NCBI GenBank assembly: GCA_951406725.2
Contig: OX597818.1
Span: 146,568,001-146,632,000 of the forward strand
Source of the DNA: Octopus vulgaris
Lineage: Eukaryota
DNA length: 64,000 nucleotides
Direction: 5' to 3'
Below are positions 52,075 through 64,000 of this stretch, in pieces. Under the pieces are notes generated by a model that saw only the letters and a program-made list of their open reading frames with translations, was not told the DNA's origin and did no database searches. Position numbers and translations under genes: made by a program. Position 1 is the first letter of the stretch, and every line of letters begins with the position of its first letter.

Positions 52075-53504
52075 ACCATTAAACGAGAAGGTACACTTAT
52101 ATGATTTTGATTTTTAAAATTGCATGCTTTAACTGAAATAACAGGCGTTACCCCTTATGTATACAGTTAGATACTCTTGGTATTTGGTATCAAATATTTT
52201 GGTCACAGACTTAACACAACTGCCAGAAGTAAGGAACAAACCATTGATCTCTCATTTTTATTTTAACGTTGGGTTAGCCAGTGAAGGAAGAGCAGTGGCT
52301 ACAGGACTTTCCAGAGTCTCTGAGACTGATGAGAAGGGAGAAAAGTCTTCTCCTCAGGCGGTGACAAGGGCTGCTCCAACTGAGTGGATTCCTTTAGACA
52401 CCCAAAGGTCAAGTAGTGGAGTTAAAGTCAATGACACAGAAAGCCTTCCACTCAAAAAGGATTGGTGATCCAGTACTCAATGATTACTCCTGTTGCGACT
52501 CGTTGTCATCATAAAGTGTATATTATGACTTTAATTCGTTGAGGAGGGCGTGGGTGGATGAATGGATACAGAGTTGGGGAAAACTCGCTGCGATAACAGA
52601 AGTTCGCGTCCCTTCAACGGTGTCTTGCGTCTGAGACAAGGACAGAAAGCGCCTCAGGTTGTCCAATTTCTAAACTGCGTAGAAGCTTCAGCACATATTT
52701 TTACTGTAGCCTCAAACATTGCATCAAACATTGTGCGTAAATTAGGTGGACTCGATCGTTGTAAAAGTTTGTCAGAGGAATTGTACATAGAAACCAAAGA
52801 TTCCGCTTTGTAAGTACTAAATCAATTGATTTTCCATGAGAATTTCGTTAAGGATGCAAGAATCTGTGCAGTATTTCGGCACATGAACGTTAAAACGAGC
52901 AGATTCTTCCGTTAATTGAATAAGTGACAACTGATCAACGATAACTCGCCGTTCTAAATAGCAGCATTGGCAGTACGATGAAGTTTACAAGTAGCTCACT
53001 AGTTCATAGCAACGCGTTGAAAATCTGCTATTCATTTGCAGAAGACAGGGTTCAAATTCTGCTATTCATTACAGAAGACAGGGTCATGAACGCCACAGTA
53101 GAGCTTTCTGTAAAATTATAATTATGACATTGATACAACACACCTGATATTATCGCCAGTAATAGTAGCGGTAGCAGTGGTGGTGGTGGTGGTGGTCGTC
53201 GTCGTCGTCGTCGTCATCGTTGTCGTTGTCATCGTCTTCGTGGTAACAGTCGTGATATTTTCATTTGAAACGGAAGTCAATAGATGCAAGACAGCTATTT
53301 TCAGCTGTAACAAATATGTAGTAAGGCTTCTAACCACAAACGGCCTTATTGTAAGTATTGATGCGGATATGTTTACAACAGATAACTACAGATTTCTTCT
53401 ATAGAACTAAAATGTCTTGCTAATGAATAGACAGGAGATAAATAGATACACCGAGAAGGAAAGAGAGAAAGAAAACTACACTGTATAAGTATGTGTGTGT
53501 ATAC

Positions 53505-54140
53505 TGTTTACTCTTTTACTTGTTTCAGTCATTTGACTGTGGCCATACTGGAGCACCGCCTTTAGTCGAGCAAATCGACCCCAGGACTTAGTCTTTGTAA
53601 ACCTAGTACTTATTCTATAGGACTCTTTTGGTGAACAGCTAAGTTACAGGGACGTAAACATAAGATAGATAGATAGATAGATAGATAGATAAATAGATGT
53701 GTACGTGTGTGTGTGTGTGTGTTCGTGTGTGTGTGTGTGTGCGTGTGTGTGCGTGTGTTTGATATTCAATATTTCATCTGTTCAATAACACAATCAATAC
53801 TTCATTTCATTTTACTATGTATATTATTTATACTACATATTCTATATTCTACATTAATATTATAAAGAATATAAATAAAACATAAAAAACAGAGTTGGAA
53901 TTCCTTTGAATAATATATATCCCTCTATACACAATCATACAAACCTCTTTTTATTTATATATATACTTATATATATATACGACGTGCTTCTTTCTGTTTC
54001 CGTCTATCAAATCTGCTCACAAGGCTTTGGTCAACCCGATGCTATAGTATAAGACATTTGCCCAAGATATCATGCAGTGGGACTGAACCCGGAACCATGT
54101 TGTTGGGAAGCAAACTTCTTACCAGACAGTTGCTCTTACG
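53505..54140 (-). mobile_element. Family B SINE with expanded or interrupted internal microsatellite
   Basis: 3' half at 53505-53660 and 5' half at 53980-54140. Confidence 0.8.
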
Positions 54141-54153
54141 CCTAGAAGCCTCA

Positions 54154-54187
<34 letters not shown>

Positions 54188-54739
54188 TGTATGATTTGCC
54201 TAATAGTGGTTTTATCTCTAATTTAATATAATATATATATATATATATAAAGATTGATAGATACATACATACATACATAGGAGAGAGAGACATATGTATG
54301 TTTGTAGGTAGGTAGTTAGGTAGGTAGGTAGATTAGGTAGATAAGTTGGCAGATAAGTTGGTAGATAGGTAAGTAGGTAGGTATCGGGAGGCTAAAATGC
54401 CATCTCCCACAGAATTTTTTTTTTTACCTTTCTAAGTATCCAATATTCATAGTAGCCAATATCCATAGTAAAGACAGGAAAGCTGGTGGGTCCCTGCCTC
54501 GGTACCTGAGCAGCGATGCCTTCTATAGGAAGAGTAACAAGTCGAAGGTACCCATTGGTGACCTCACCGGGAAGGTGTTGCAATACAAAGAATCCTGCGA
54601 TCCCAAATTCCCTCAGGCAGGCGTTAAGTTCAGAACCTGGCGGAAGTGGAGAGTAGAGGATGTCGAATCTACAGAAGGCCATCCAACTTTCTGCTGGGAA
54701 AATTTGAAGTCCCCAGTTAGCCCCTGTGCTGGAGATTAT

Positions 54740-54975
54740 GATTGGTTGGTTCTCATTCCTCCAAAAGGACCATAGGGCCGGTTTCTCAGTTCCTCTCTGG
54801 ACGGGACACCGGTCCGTTGCAGGATTACTCATTTTTAGCAGCTGAATGAATTGCAGCAACGGGAAAAGAAGTGTTTTTGCTCAAGAGCACAGTGCATCGC
54901 CTGGTCCAGGGTTCGAAACCACAATCTACCGATCCTGAGTCCGACGCCCTAACCACTAATGTATGTGCCTCCACG
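54740..54975 (-). mobile_element. tRNA-derived SINE (family C-like)
   Basis: Minus-strand head TTAGTGGTTAGGGCGTCGGACTCAGGATCGGTAGATTGTGGTTTCGAACCC. Confidence 0.7.
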
Positions 54976-55569
54976 CTCATGTCTGAGAGGTAGTGCTAAC
55001 CGGACACAAACAGGAGCTTGATCAACACAGGTTGGCTACTCTGGGGGAAGGTGTCTGATTGTTGAAAGACCCGTAACAACTAATGACCCCAGGAAACATC
55101 ACCTAAGATGTTACCGAGTGAATCATCAGATGATGTATGGAAAAATGGCACACACACACATATACACACATACACACACACACACACACATACACATGTT
55201 TATGTGGGGGGCGTGTGAAGTTGTCAGGTGTCCCTTGTGTCTAACTATGCTCATAAAAATCTTCAATTTTATCAGTGTTGCTAATGTAACTTCCACTTAC
55301 CCAATTTCTTCTTACTTCGTAGAATTTCCACCACAATTCCTTCCTCAGTGAGGACACTCAATAGCCGTTTTTTTTTTGTCTAGAAGCACCTCACAACAAT
55401 TGGTTCTTCTATCAAGTAACTGAAGAACCAATCAGAAAAGAAGAAGTCTCTTAAGTAAAGCTGGTGCATATTAGATGCCTTTAAGGGATGTTGTTGCTTT
55501 GATATTCCTAACACTATGGACCTAAGGCGATGCGAGCAATCAAGATTTGCAAATAATGCAGAAATTTCC

Positions 55570-56180
55570 TCGTAATTTAATTTGCGATTAGTAGTGCTCT
55601 GTTCACGTTTGCAGGAACAGCATGATAGAAGAAGCCAATTTGATCGGCATATAAAACTGTGATAAAATAAGATCTCAGATCTAATTTATTTATAAATGTT
55701 CTTAATGATTCAGCATGTGAAATACCTGCCCTTAAAGATTCACAATGAATACTCTGGTTCACATTACCATGTCTGTTCATAAAACACTGCAGCCACCCGC
55801 CACTTACTTTACGGTAACTCATATGTTTTCCAAGAGTTCTACATACATATTTGAACTCGAAACTTCATATATTAACATAGCTAGATCGGGAACGCGAATT
55901 TTATAAATGGCATCTTCTGTTTTTCTACTGACCAAGACTATGTTTCTTTCTTATAATTGTAGAATTACGTTTTGAAGAAAACTTTCTATTTCACCATTGA
56001 TTTGGGTGTATCGGAAACAATTTGATTTTTTTTACCATGCAGAAAATTTTACATACTTAATTTATCAGTTAACTCTAATATCAGTACTACATGCTTGTTC
56101 AAGTGTTCTCCTTTAATCTCCATTTCACCGTCAATTTTGGAAAATTCTAGTCTTGCGATTATCTCCCTTTCTCATATAGA
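55570..56180 (-). mobile_element. Decayed pogo/Tigger-like transposase
   Basis: KVSGGWLQCFMNRHG...HCES...LYADQIGFFYHAVP resembles the pogo motifs ASxGWLxRFKxRHG...GE...YNADETGLF...P. Confidence 0.6.
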
Positions 56181-56334
56181 GCTGATCTCAATTACTGCTT
56201 GACAATTGTAACACATTGTAGAGCCGGAGATAATTTTATGAAACCAAGCATTTGCTATACCTGTACTCGTAAATGTATATGTGTGTATATATGTATATGA
56301 ATATATACATATATGGCTTAGTGGTGCATACATA

Positions 56335-56670
56335 TATGGCCCAGTGGTAGGGTGTCGGGCTCACAATCATGAGATAGTGACTACGATTCTTGGACCGGGC
56401 TGTGTGTTGCATTCTTGAGCAAGATCATTTATTTTACGTTGCCCCAGTTCAGTCAGCTGTAGAAATGAGTTGCGTCGTCACTGGTGCCAAGCTGTATCGG
56501 CCCCTTTGCCTTTCGCTTGGATAACATCGGTGACGTGAAGAGGACAGGCTGGTATGCATGAACGGCTGCTAGTCTTTCTTAAAACAACCTTGCCCGGCCA
56601 TGTGCCTCGGAGGTGATCTTTCTAGATGCAATCTCATGGTCATTCATGACTGAAGGGGATCTTTACTCTT
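56335..56670 (+). mobile_element. tRNA-derived SINE, family C
   Basis: TGGCCCAGTGGTAGGGTGTCGGGCTCAC...CTTGAGCAAG...TTTTACGTTGCCCCAGTTCAGTCAGCTG. Confidence 0.75.
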
Positions 56671-56919
56671 ACCATTTTTATACATATTATACATACCTAT
56701 ATACATTTAGAGATGAATGCATGCATACATGTTTACCAACAGTGATACGTACCTGCGCACGTGCATACATACATACATACATACATACATACATACATAC
56801 ATACATACATACATACATACATACATACATACAAGCATACGTAGATACACATACATGTTCATATTCATTTTGAGGAGTCTGAAAACATTTCATTGGTGCA
56901 CAGTGAGACATAAATGCCA

Positions 56920-57510
56920 AAATGTTATATTGCTGTCTCCCAGATAACTTGAAGCTGTAAACCAGGAATTTGCATGAGATGGAAAAAGCCTTCACTGGTT
57001 TCAACATTCTCAAACGATATACGGTTGAAGCTTGGCTAAGATAAATGTTCCTATATGTTTGTGAAACGAGAGAAAGAGTATAAACGAGATAGGCAGCATC
57101 TCTATCGATGACTTGACTGTTCATCCTACTGATAAGGATTGTTACAGGTACCTATGAGTTGGAGAGAACATATCCTACGATGGTATCTTTGAGGAAGAAT
57201 GTGTATAAAGAATATAGCTACTGAATAAGAGAAATAGGAATCTCGTAACTTTTGGCATTCAGACAAAAAATGGCCCTCAATATGCTTGCAGTAGCAATAC
57301 TTATACCAACGTTTGATATAAGCCATTGGATGCTCGATGAAATCCGTGCCTTTGATATATAAACCAGAAAGATAATGACCAACACGAATGATTTTCACAT
57401 CTGCAATGACGTAGTCCGCCTCTGCCTAAAACGGAAACAAGAAAGCTAGGTTAAACATCGATCCAAGCAATTTTTGAATGTCACACCATATCCCTTCAGT
57501 AACATCATTT
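56920..57510 (+). mobile_element. Decayed R4/Dong-like LINE RT region
   Basis: YRYL*VGENISYDG and ALNMLAVAILIPTFDISHW...TRKIMT...FH...DVVRLCLKRK resemble the R4-clade post-RT motifs. Confidence 0.6.
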
Positions 57511-57992
57511 AACCACCGTAATAAATAGGAAAATAAACTTAGAGCTACAATAACTACAACCTATATTACCCCATAGATGTAGAGTTGGCCTATAAGAATG
57601 GATATCAAAATATTACTAGTTTTTCAGAAGTAACCAGATTTGAAGTGACTTAAATAAGGATTATTCACAGTAGCTAACAGGTAGATGTCCCTATATTCGT
57701 ATATAATGGAAGGTCGAACTTAGTAAATAAAATTACGTAATATAAACAAAAACAAGGACTGGGTACCGATCCTCGAAAGATTTAATGAATATTATTTTTT
57801 ATATACAGGACTATAAATAGTATATATCCAAATTATTACTTTTTTCCGAAGTAACAAAATAATATTGTTGTAATAGGAAAATAAGTTATAAACTATATAA
57901 TACTATAATAATTATTATTGTGGTTACTAAATTTAGTTAGTATGTCAAATAAAACTATTCATTTATTATTATTATCATTATTATTATTATCA

Positions 57993-58060
<68 letters not shown>

Positions 58061-58543
58061 GTCATTTACTTTTAATCTGCATGTTTGATACAATCACCTG
58101 CCGGGGCACACCCAGCGCCCTAGGGCAAGTGAAGGTTAAGAGTTGTTGAAATATAGCTGAAAGCTTGGGGAGGGGAAGTAGAGAAATATCTCCATGTAAT
58201 ACAAACACAAACATTTACATTGATAGGGTTTTTCTAAGGATGTGGGCAGTACTTGTTAGCACAATCTTTTGGATTTCCTTGAGACATGGTTTTCCAGGGA
58301 TATTGTCTAGGTGTTTCTGACATCCCTTTTTTATCATACCTAGGGCACCTACAATAACAGGAACAGTTTTTGTTTTAAGATTCCACATCCTCTGTATTTC
58401 GATTTCCAGGTCCTTATATTTACTAAGTTTGTCAAATTCCTTGACAGATACATTTTTATCAGTGGGGACGCTTACTTCTATTAGTCTGCAGGTATTTTCT
58501 TCCCTGTCTTTAACAATTATGTCTGGTCGATTAGCCTTGATCG

Positions 58544-58544
<1 letters not shown>
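58061..58544 (-). mobile_element. 5'-truncated Dong/R4-like LINE inserted within (TAA)n
   Basis: Uninterrupted frame 58544-58215 with no ATG, so absent from the track: SIKANRPDIIVKDREENTCRLIEVSVPTDKNVSVKEFDKLSKYKDLEIEIQRMWNLKTKTVPVIVGALGMIKKG...TAHILRKTLSM*. (TTA)n lies on both sides. Confidence 0.9.
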
Positions 58545-58593
<49 letters not shown>

Positions 58594-58892
58594 CATAATT
58601 ATTATTATTATCATTATTATGTTTTTTAATATTATTATTGTCGTCATCATCAATTAATTAATAAATCAAATTAATGTATTTATGCATATAAATATGTTTA
58701 TAATGAAGACATCTTATTTGTAATATGTAAGTAATATTCAATTACTAATATAATGATGCATTTTACATTAGCTACAAGAATTTGCATTAGAACGATTCAA
58801 TATATTCTGAATTAATTCACTAAAAAATTCATTTTCCAACTTCAACATTATTACATAGATTAAGATGACAAGACATAAAGATATATATATAG

Positions 58893-58923
<31 letters not shown>

Positions 58924-59083
58924 GAAATGAGGTAATTAAAAGATCGGATGGTTCATATTTACAGATATTTATTTATATATTACATTTTTTACATATATAT
59001 ATATCATATCATTCAGATCATTAGCGCTATATATATAGATAGATAGATAGGTAGATATATATATATTCATATATCATATTCAT

Positions 59084-59118
<35 letters not shown>

Positions 59119-59306
59119 CATGCAAATATATACAAATACAACTATATACACATGTACATATACTTATACATAGATGTATACAACCAAAATATACACATAG
59201 AGGCACAAACATATATATATATATATACATTTACACACATACATATACGTACATATATATATATTTAGACATACATACACATATTTGCACACATACATAT
59301 ATATGC

Positions 59307-59338
<32 letters not shown>

Positions 59339-59445
59339 GTGTGCACGTACACATATACATATATATACACAAACACATACATATGCATAACGACATATAT
59401 ATAGTATCAGATATAAATACAAACAATATATATCCATGTATACAA

Positions 59446-59496
<51 letters not shown>

Positions 59497-59574
59497 CAAA
59501 TATACGATCATACATATGCACACATATAACTGGATACATACGAGTACAAATATATACACACTTAGTAAAATTTT

Positions 59575-60930
59575 CTAAACACATTTAAAATAGTTTGTAC
59601 AATATAGAACACTCTCACATTTTTCATTAAGTAATTTCTTCTTAGATGTTAATATCTGATATAATTCCTCTACACAAAAGTTGCATCGAGCATCATTAAT
59701 TATTGTACGCTAAAGCATAACTAAGTATTTTCAAATTTATGTCGTATAATTTCTTACTATCCTTCAATTTCCAAATTAGTTTACCCAGACTAGTACTATT
59801 AAACCTATCTCTATTCCGAAAGATGTACTCATGGTTTGCGATCCATTTATTAACAAAATTTTCCGTTACCTCCATGTAAAAATAATTTTTCCCTTCCGAA
59901 TCAACCCTATATCTATATGTAATATTGTTCTGTAAACAAAAATTAGTAAAATATTTATCCTTATATCTACAATCACAATTTCTAGCTAGATCATTCTCTG
60001 TAATAGTATTATTATTTCTATTATTGTAAAAGTTGTCTAATCTTTTATTATTAAAGGAAGGGATAATTCTAAACGAATTTTTAGATACTGAAAAACCTAT
60101 TTTAATCCTTTTATTGTTAATTATTTTATTATATTTATGTTCTTTATTAAAGTGCTTAGATATAGATCTGTAAATAAGCTTGACCAAATTTGTTTTTATT
60201 TGTCGTGCGTAAGGAATGATAAACCAAATATAATTATCTTTATTATAATTGACATCATTAGCTTATCTGGGTTGGCATATGGCATGTACTTATTATCCTT
60301 AGACTTAAATCTATTTATATATCTAGTTACTACACTTGTTCTTATTAATATTATTACTATTGTTAATCATATCATTACTACTTACGAATGAACTGATTAC
60401 ATTTCCACTATTAGATCCATTCACTTCGTTGTGAACCAATTTCCATTATAATAATAATATTTATTGCCGTCCCCATTCTTATTACAATATGCTACTCTAT
60501 TCCGGTATCCTGCCTTTTTAAGGGCATCATTATAATATTCCGCATTATTATTAACGATTTTCTCATCAGAGGATACATAAGAAACACGACTCGAAATATT
60601 AGTAACCAAAGATCTTGTGATCGCTTTAGAATGGTTACTATGAAAGTTCATATATTTTAAATTATTGTTGGGTTAATGATACGAACTGTATAGGCCAGTA
60701 ACAATGTTCAGATTAAAATCCAAGTAATTAACTGAATCATGTTCATTTTCTATAAACCAAATCTTTTTTTTTTTTAATTATGGAATTGTTTCATATATAG
60801 GTTTCTTTTTCTGTTGTATTGACTATTAATCAAAAATAGTGCCTCATCTCTACATAGTCAACCTTTAATGTCTGAAAATTCATTATGGAAATAATATAGT
60901 ATGTATATATCTACTAAGTTAGTAACCTGG
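59575..60930 (-). mobile_element. 5'-truncated Penelope-like element, Neptune-like (RT C-terminus + GIY-YIG endonuclease), pseudogenised
   Basis: LCRDEAL (decayed YRDDGL), YMNFHSNH...SS.E...YYNDALKKAGY, KHFNKEHKYNKIINNKRIKIGFS, NCDCR...CLQNNITY...YMEVTENF...NH...F...STSLGKLIWKLKD. Confidence 0.85.
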
Positions 60931-61055
60931 AGTTTTTAATGATTTTTTATGTTATATTATATTCATAGTACATTACGTTATATTATAATATAAATAAATT
61001 ATTGGATTGTCAATTGAATCTCTCTATTTAATTTATTGTTTATATCTATAGGAAT

Positions 61056-61119
61056 ATTCCTCTGATGAGACGAATGGGACCCTTAATAGGTTCCTAACGT
61101 CGAAATTGCAATAGGGAAT
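61056..61119 (+). ncRNA. Type I hammerhead ribozyme (intact)
   Basis: ATTCCT-CTGATGA-GACG-(GGGACC..GGTTCC hairpin)-CGTC-GAAA-TTGCAA-TA-GGGAAT. Stem III ATTGCAAT is palindromic and the triplet is AUA. Confidence 0.85.
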
Positions 61120-61604
61120 TAACCATTTATTTTTAAGTTGTGGATTCTATATGTCATGTCGCCCGCAGACCGCTTTTTCCTGAGGAGAAATAATATGAGT
61201 GATAATAGTAGCTTTATAGTGGTTTTGACTTCTATTTGTAAATATGCAAGGGTTTTTTGAAACCCTCTTAATTATAACTGTGAATTGTTCATAATTATAA
61301 ACATTCTTCTGTGTATTTTACGATAACTTGTTTGGCTATTGATATATTCATAACTAATTATTAATTGTTTATGATATATCCTCCGTAGTGCATTATTGCA
61401 TTACTTTTTAATTATTTAATTTTCCCAACTAGTATCTGGTGGTTTGCAGTGACTCGAATATACCATCTTTTCTCATAAAGGCCGTGCATGACATTTGAAT
61501 TCAAAACTTAAATGTGTAGATAGAGGTTGACACATCATTCTAGCCAGTCGGGATTCCTGTAATCCCCAAGGTAAGGTCTTGTATTGATTTCTATCTATAG
61601 GAAT

Positions 61605-61668
61605 ATTCCCCTGATGAAACGAATGGGACCCTTAATAGGTTTCTAACGTCGAAATGGCAATCGGAAAT
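61605..61668 (+). ncRNA. Second hammerhead copy, partly degenerate
   Basis: ATTCCC-CTGATGA-AACG...CGTC-GAAA-TGGCAA-TC-GGAAAT. The stem II closing pair, stem III and stem I each carry one mismatch. Confidence 0.65.
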
Positions 61669-62738
61669 TAACCTTTTATTTTTAAGTTGTTGATTCTATG
61701 TCATGTCGACCGCAGACAGCTTTTATCGTGAGGAGAAATAATATGAATGATAATAGTGGCTTTATAGCGGTTTTGACTGCTATTTATGAACATGTAAGGG
61801 TTTTTAAAACCCTCTTAGTTATAATTGTGACTTGTTCATAATTATAAACATACTTCTATATATTTTATGATAATATGTTTGGTCATTAATATATTCATAA
61901 ATAATTATTAATTGTTTATGATATATCATCCATAATGTATTATTGCATTACTTTTTAATTATATATATATATATATCCTACACATTCAAGAGGGATGAGG
62001 ATGTATCATGGCCGCTATTCAGTTTGTATTAAACTGGTTAAACTGACAATGTATGGAGCGAACAATTGGCTTGGTTCCCTGTTAGACATGGTTGCAGTCA
62101 AAACGGAAGTTGATCGTAGTTTTGTGATGCCCTACCCTTAACTACTCACTCTTGTATGGGTAGATTCATCTTGTTTGTTTTACTGAATTTTAAATATGTT
62201 ATATTATACTGTATTGCATTTTTCTACTTCTCTCATTCAACGTTTTAGCTTCATTTACGTTTTTTTAAATTTTCAAGTAATTTCTCTATTTTTATCTTCA
62301 CTTATCAACTCTTATATGATACAATTTATTATCTAAAATGCTTTTCACCGACGTGGAAGCGAAATTTCCGAATAGCTGCCAGCAGGTTGAGAAGAAATAA
62401 ATACTGAGATTAAATTAAATCATAAGTTTAGATAAAACAATGCAAAGTTTTGCATTTTTCGTAGAACAGAAAACAGAACAGAACAAGGTTTTTCTACCTT
62501 AAAAGAATGAAAAAAGAAATCAGCCAATAAGAGAGTAATTTACATTACATAGAAAATTCTTCGCAAAAAGAAAAAAATCTGTCAGATATGATGACTACCG
62601 GTTATGTGTACGTTCTTCGAAGTTGGTAGTCGTAAATATTCAACACCGAGATGTACGAGATTGAGATAACAAAACAATACTCATACGCACGCAGTTCAAG
62701 CTTCGGCAGGACATATTCTCAAATTGGAATATTGGTAC

Positions 62739-62773
<35 letters not shown>

Positions 62774-62825
62774 CAGATATGGTTGAAGCTGAAATCTTTT
62801 CTTATAACATTATACATATTGACGT

Positions 62826-63890
62826 AAGGCGGTGAGCTGGCAGAAACATTAGCACGCCGGACGAAATGCGTAGCTGTATTTCGTCTGCCGTTACGTTCTG
62901 AGTTCAAATTCCGCCGAAGTCGACTTTGCCTTTCATCCTTTCGGGATCGACTACTACCCACAAGGGGCTAAACACAGAGGGGACAAACAAGGACGGACAA
63001 ACGGATTAAGTCGATTACATCGACCCCAGTGCGTAACTGGTACTTAATTTTATCGACCCCGAAAGGGTGAAAGGCAAAGTCGACCTCGGCGGAATTTGAA
63101 CTCAGAACGTAACTGCAGACGAAATACGGCTACGCATTTCGCCCGGCGTGCTAACGATTCTGCCAGCTCGCCGCCTTCAGCTCGCCTAAATACCAGTTAC
63201 GCACTGGGGTCGATATAATCAACTTAATACCTTTGTCTGTACTTGTTTGTTCCCTCTGCGTTTAGCCCCTTGTGGGTAGTAAAGAAATAGAAATAGGTAT
63301 TTCGACTGCCGTTACGTTCTGAGTTTAAATTCCGCCGAGGTCAACTTTGCCTTTCATCCTTTCGTGGTCTATCAAATAAGTACCAGTTACGCACTGGGGT
63401 CGATACAATCGACTTAATCCGTTTGTCTGTCATTGTTTGTCTCCTCTGTGTGTAGCTCCTTGTGGGCAGTAAAGAAATAGATATTCCGTCTGCCGTCACG
63501 TTCTGTATTCAAATTCCACCGAGGTCGACTTTGCTTTTCATCCTTTCGGGATCGATAAATCAAATACCAGTTTAGTATTGATGTCGATATGACCGACTGT
63601 CACTCTCCCCACAAAATCCAGGCCGTGCGCCTATAGTAGAAAGGATTACACATATTTATTTCTCTATTGCTCACAGGGGGATAAACATAAAGGGGACAAA
63701 CAAGAACATACAAAGGGGTTAAGTTGATTACATCGACCCCAGTGTGTAACTGTTACTTATTTTAATTGACTCCGAAAGAATGAAAAGCAAAGTCGATCTT
63801 GGCGGAATTTAAACTCAGAACGTAACGGCAGACGAAATAACGCTAAGCATTTCTCCCTGTGAACGGACGATTCTACCAGCTCGCCACCCT
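62826..63890. mobile_element. Cluster of family A SINEs: fold-back dimer 62826-63177, tandem headless bodies 63190-63645, minus copy 63660-63890
   Basis: Repeated GTCGACTTTGCCTTTCATCCTTTCG core in both orientations. Confidence 0.9.
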
Positions 63891-64000
63891 AAAGGATTAT
63901 TCACAATGACGAAAAAGACTGTCTACTTAGAATCAAGCACGTTGTGCTGACTCAAAAACCTTCCCAGAAATCAATCGGTAAATCCAAATTAATTATTAAT

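Larger units (their letters stand above)
61043..61962 (+). repeat. Two ~372-bp direct repeats (61043-61415, 61592-61962; period 549 bp), pseudo-LTR/retrozyme-like
   Basis: The copies are colinear throughout and each begins with a hammerhead. The spacer contains a strong splice donor, CAAG/GTAAGG (~61570). Confidence 0.9.

Noticed and set aside
52157-52468. 103-aa ORF and a CTGATGA-GAAGG...TCTTC string
   Set aside because: No recognisable domain. The minus strand may be a decayed LINE endonuclease (VIDFNS), and the ribozyme-like string lacks GAAA and stem III.
52700-53090. Possible very old Tc1-like transposase trace and a ~32-bp tandem duplication
   Set aside because: Too degenerate to call without an alignment.

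Overview
Repeat-dense, AT-rich animal (metazoan) DNA, intergenic or intronic. The SINE families and microsatellite load suggest a coleoid cephalopod, probably Octopus; this is inferred from recognition, not a database search. I found no supportable host protein-coding gene, and nearly all ORF-track entries are microsatellite read-throughs. The window is a transposon graveyard: four mariner (DD34D) copies, maT/DD37D and pogo/Tigger remnants, CR1, Tx1/L1-clade and R4/Dong-like LINE pieces, a Neptune-like Penelope element, a Helentron-type non-autonomous element and three tRNA-derived SINE families. The main signal missing from the ORF track is a set of seven type I hammerhead ribozyme motifs (four with intact catalytic cores), most with a self-complementary stem III and a long stem II. 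Three of them frame a ~1.5 kb unit (11701-13260). That unit also contains nested perfect palindromes, four inverted CCAAT(-like)-N12-TGACGTC modules, a TATA box and a Kozak ATG. Two more form a 549-bp-period tandem next to the Penelope ORF.
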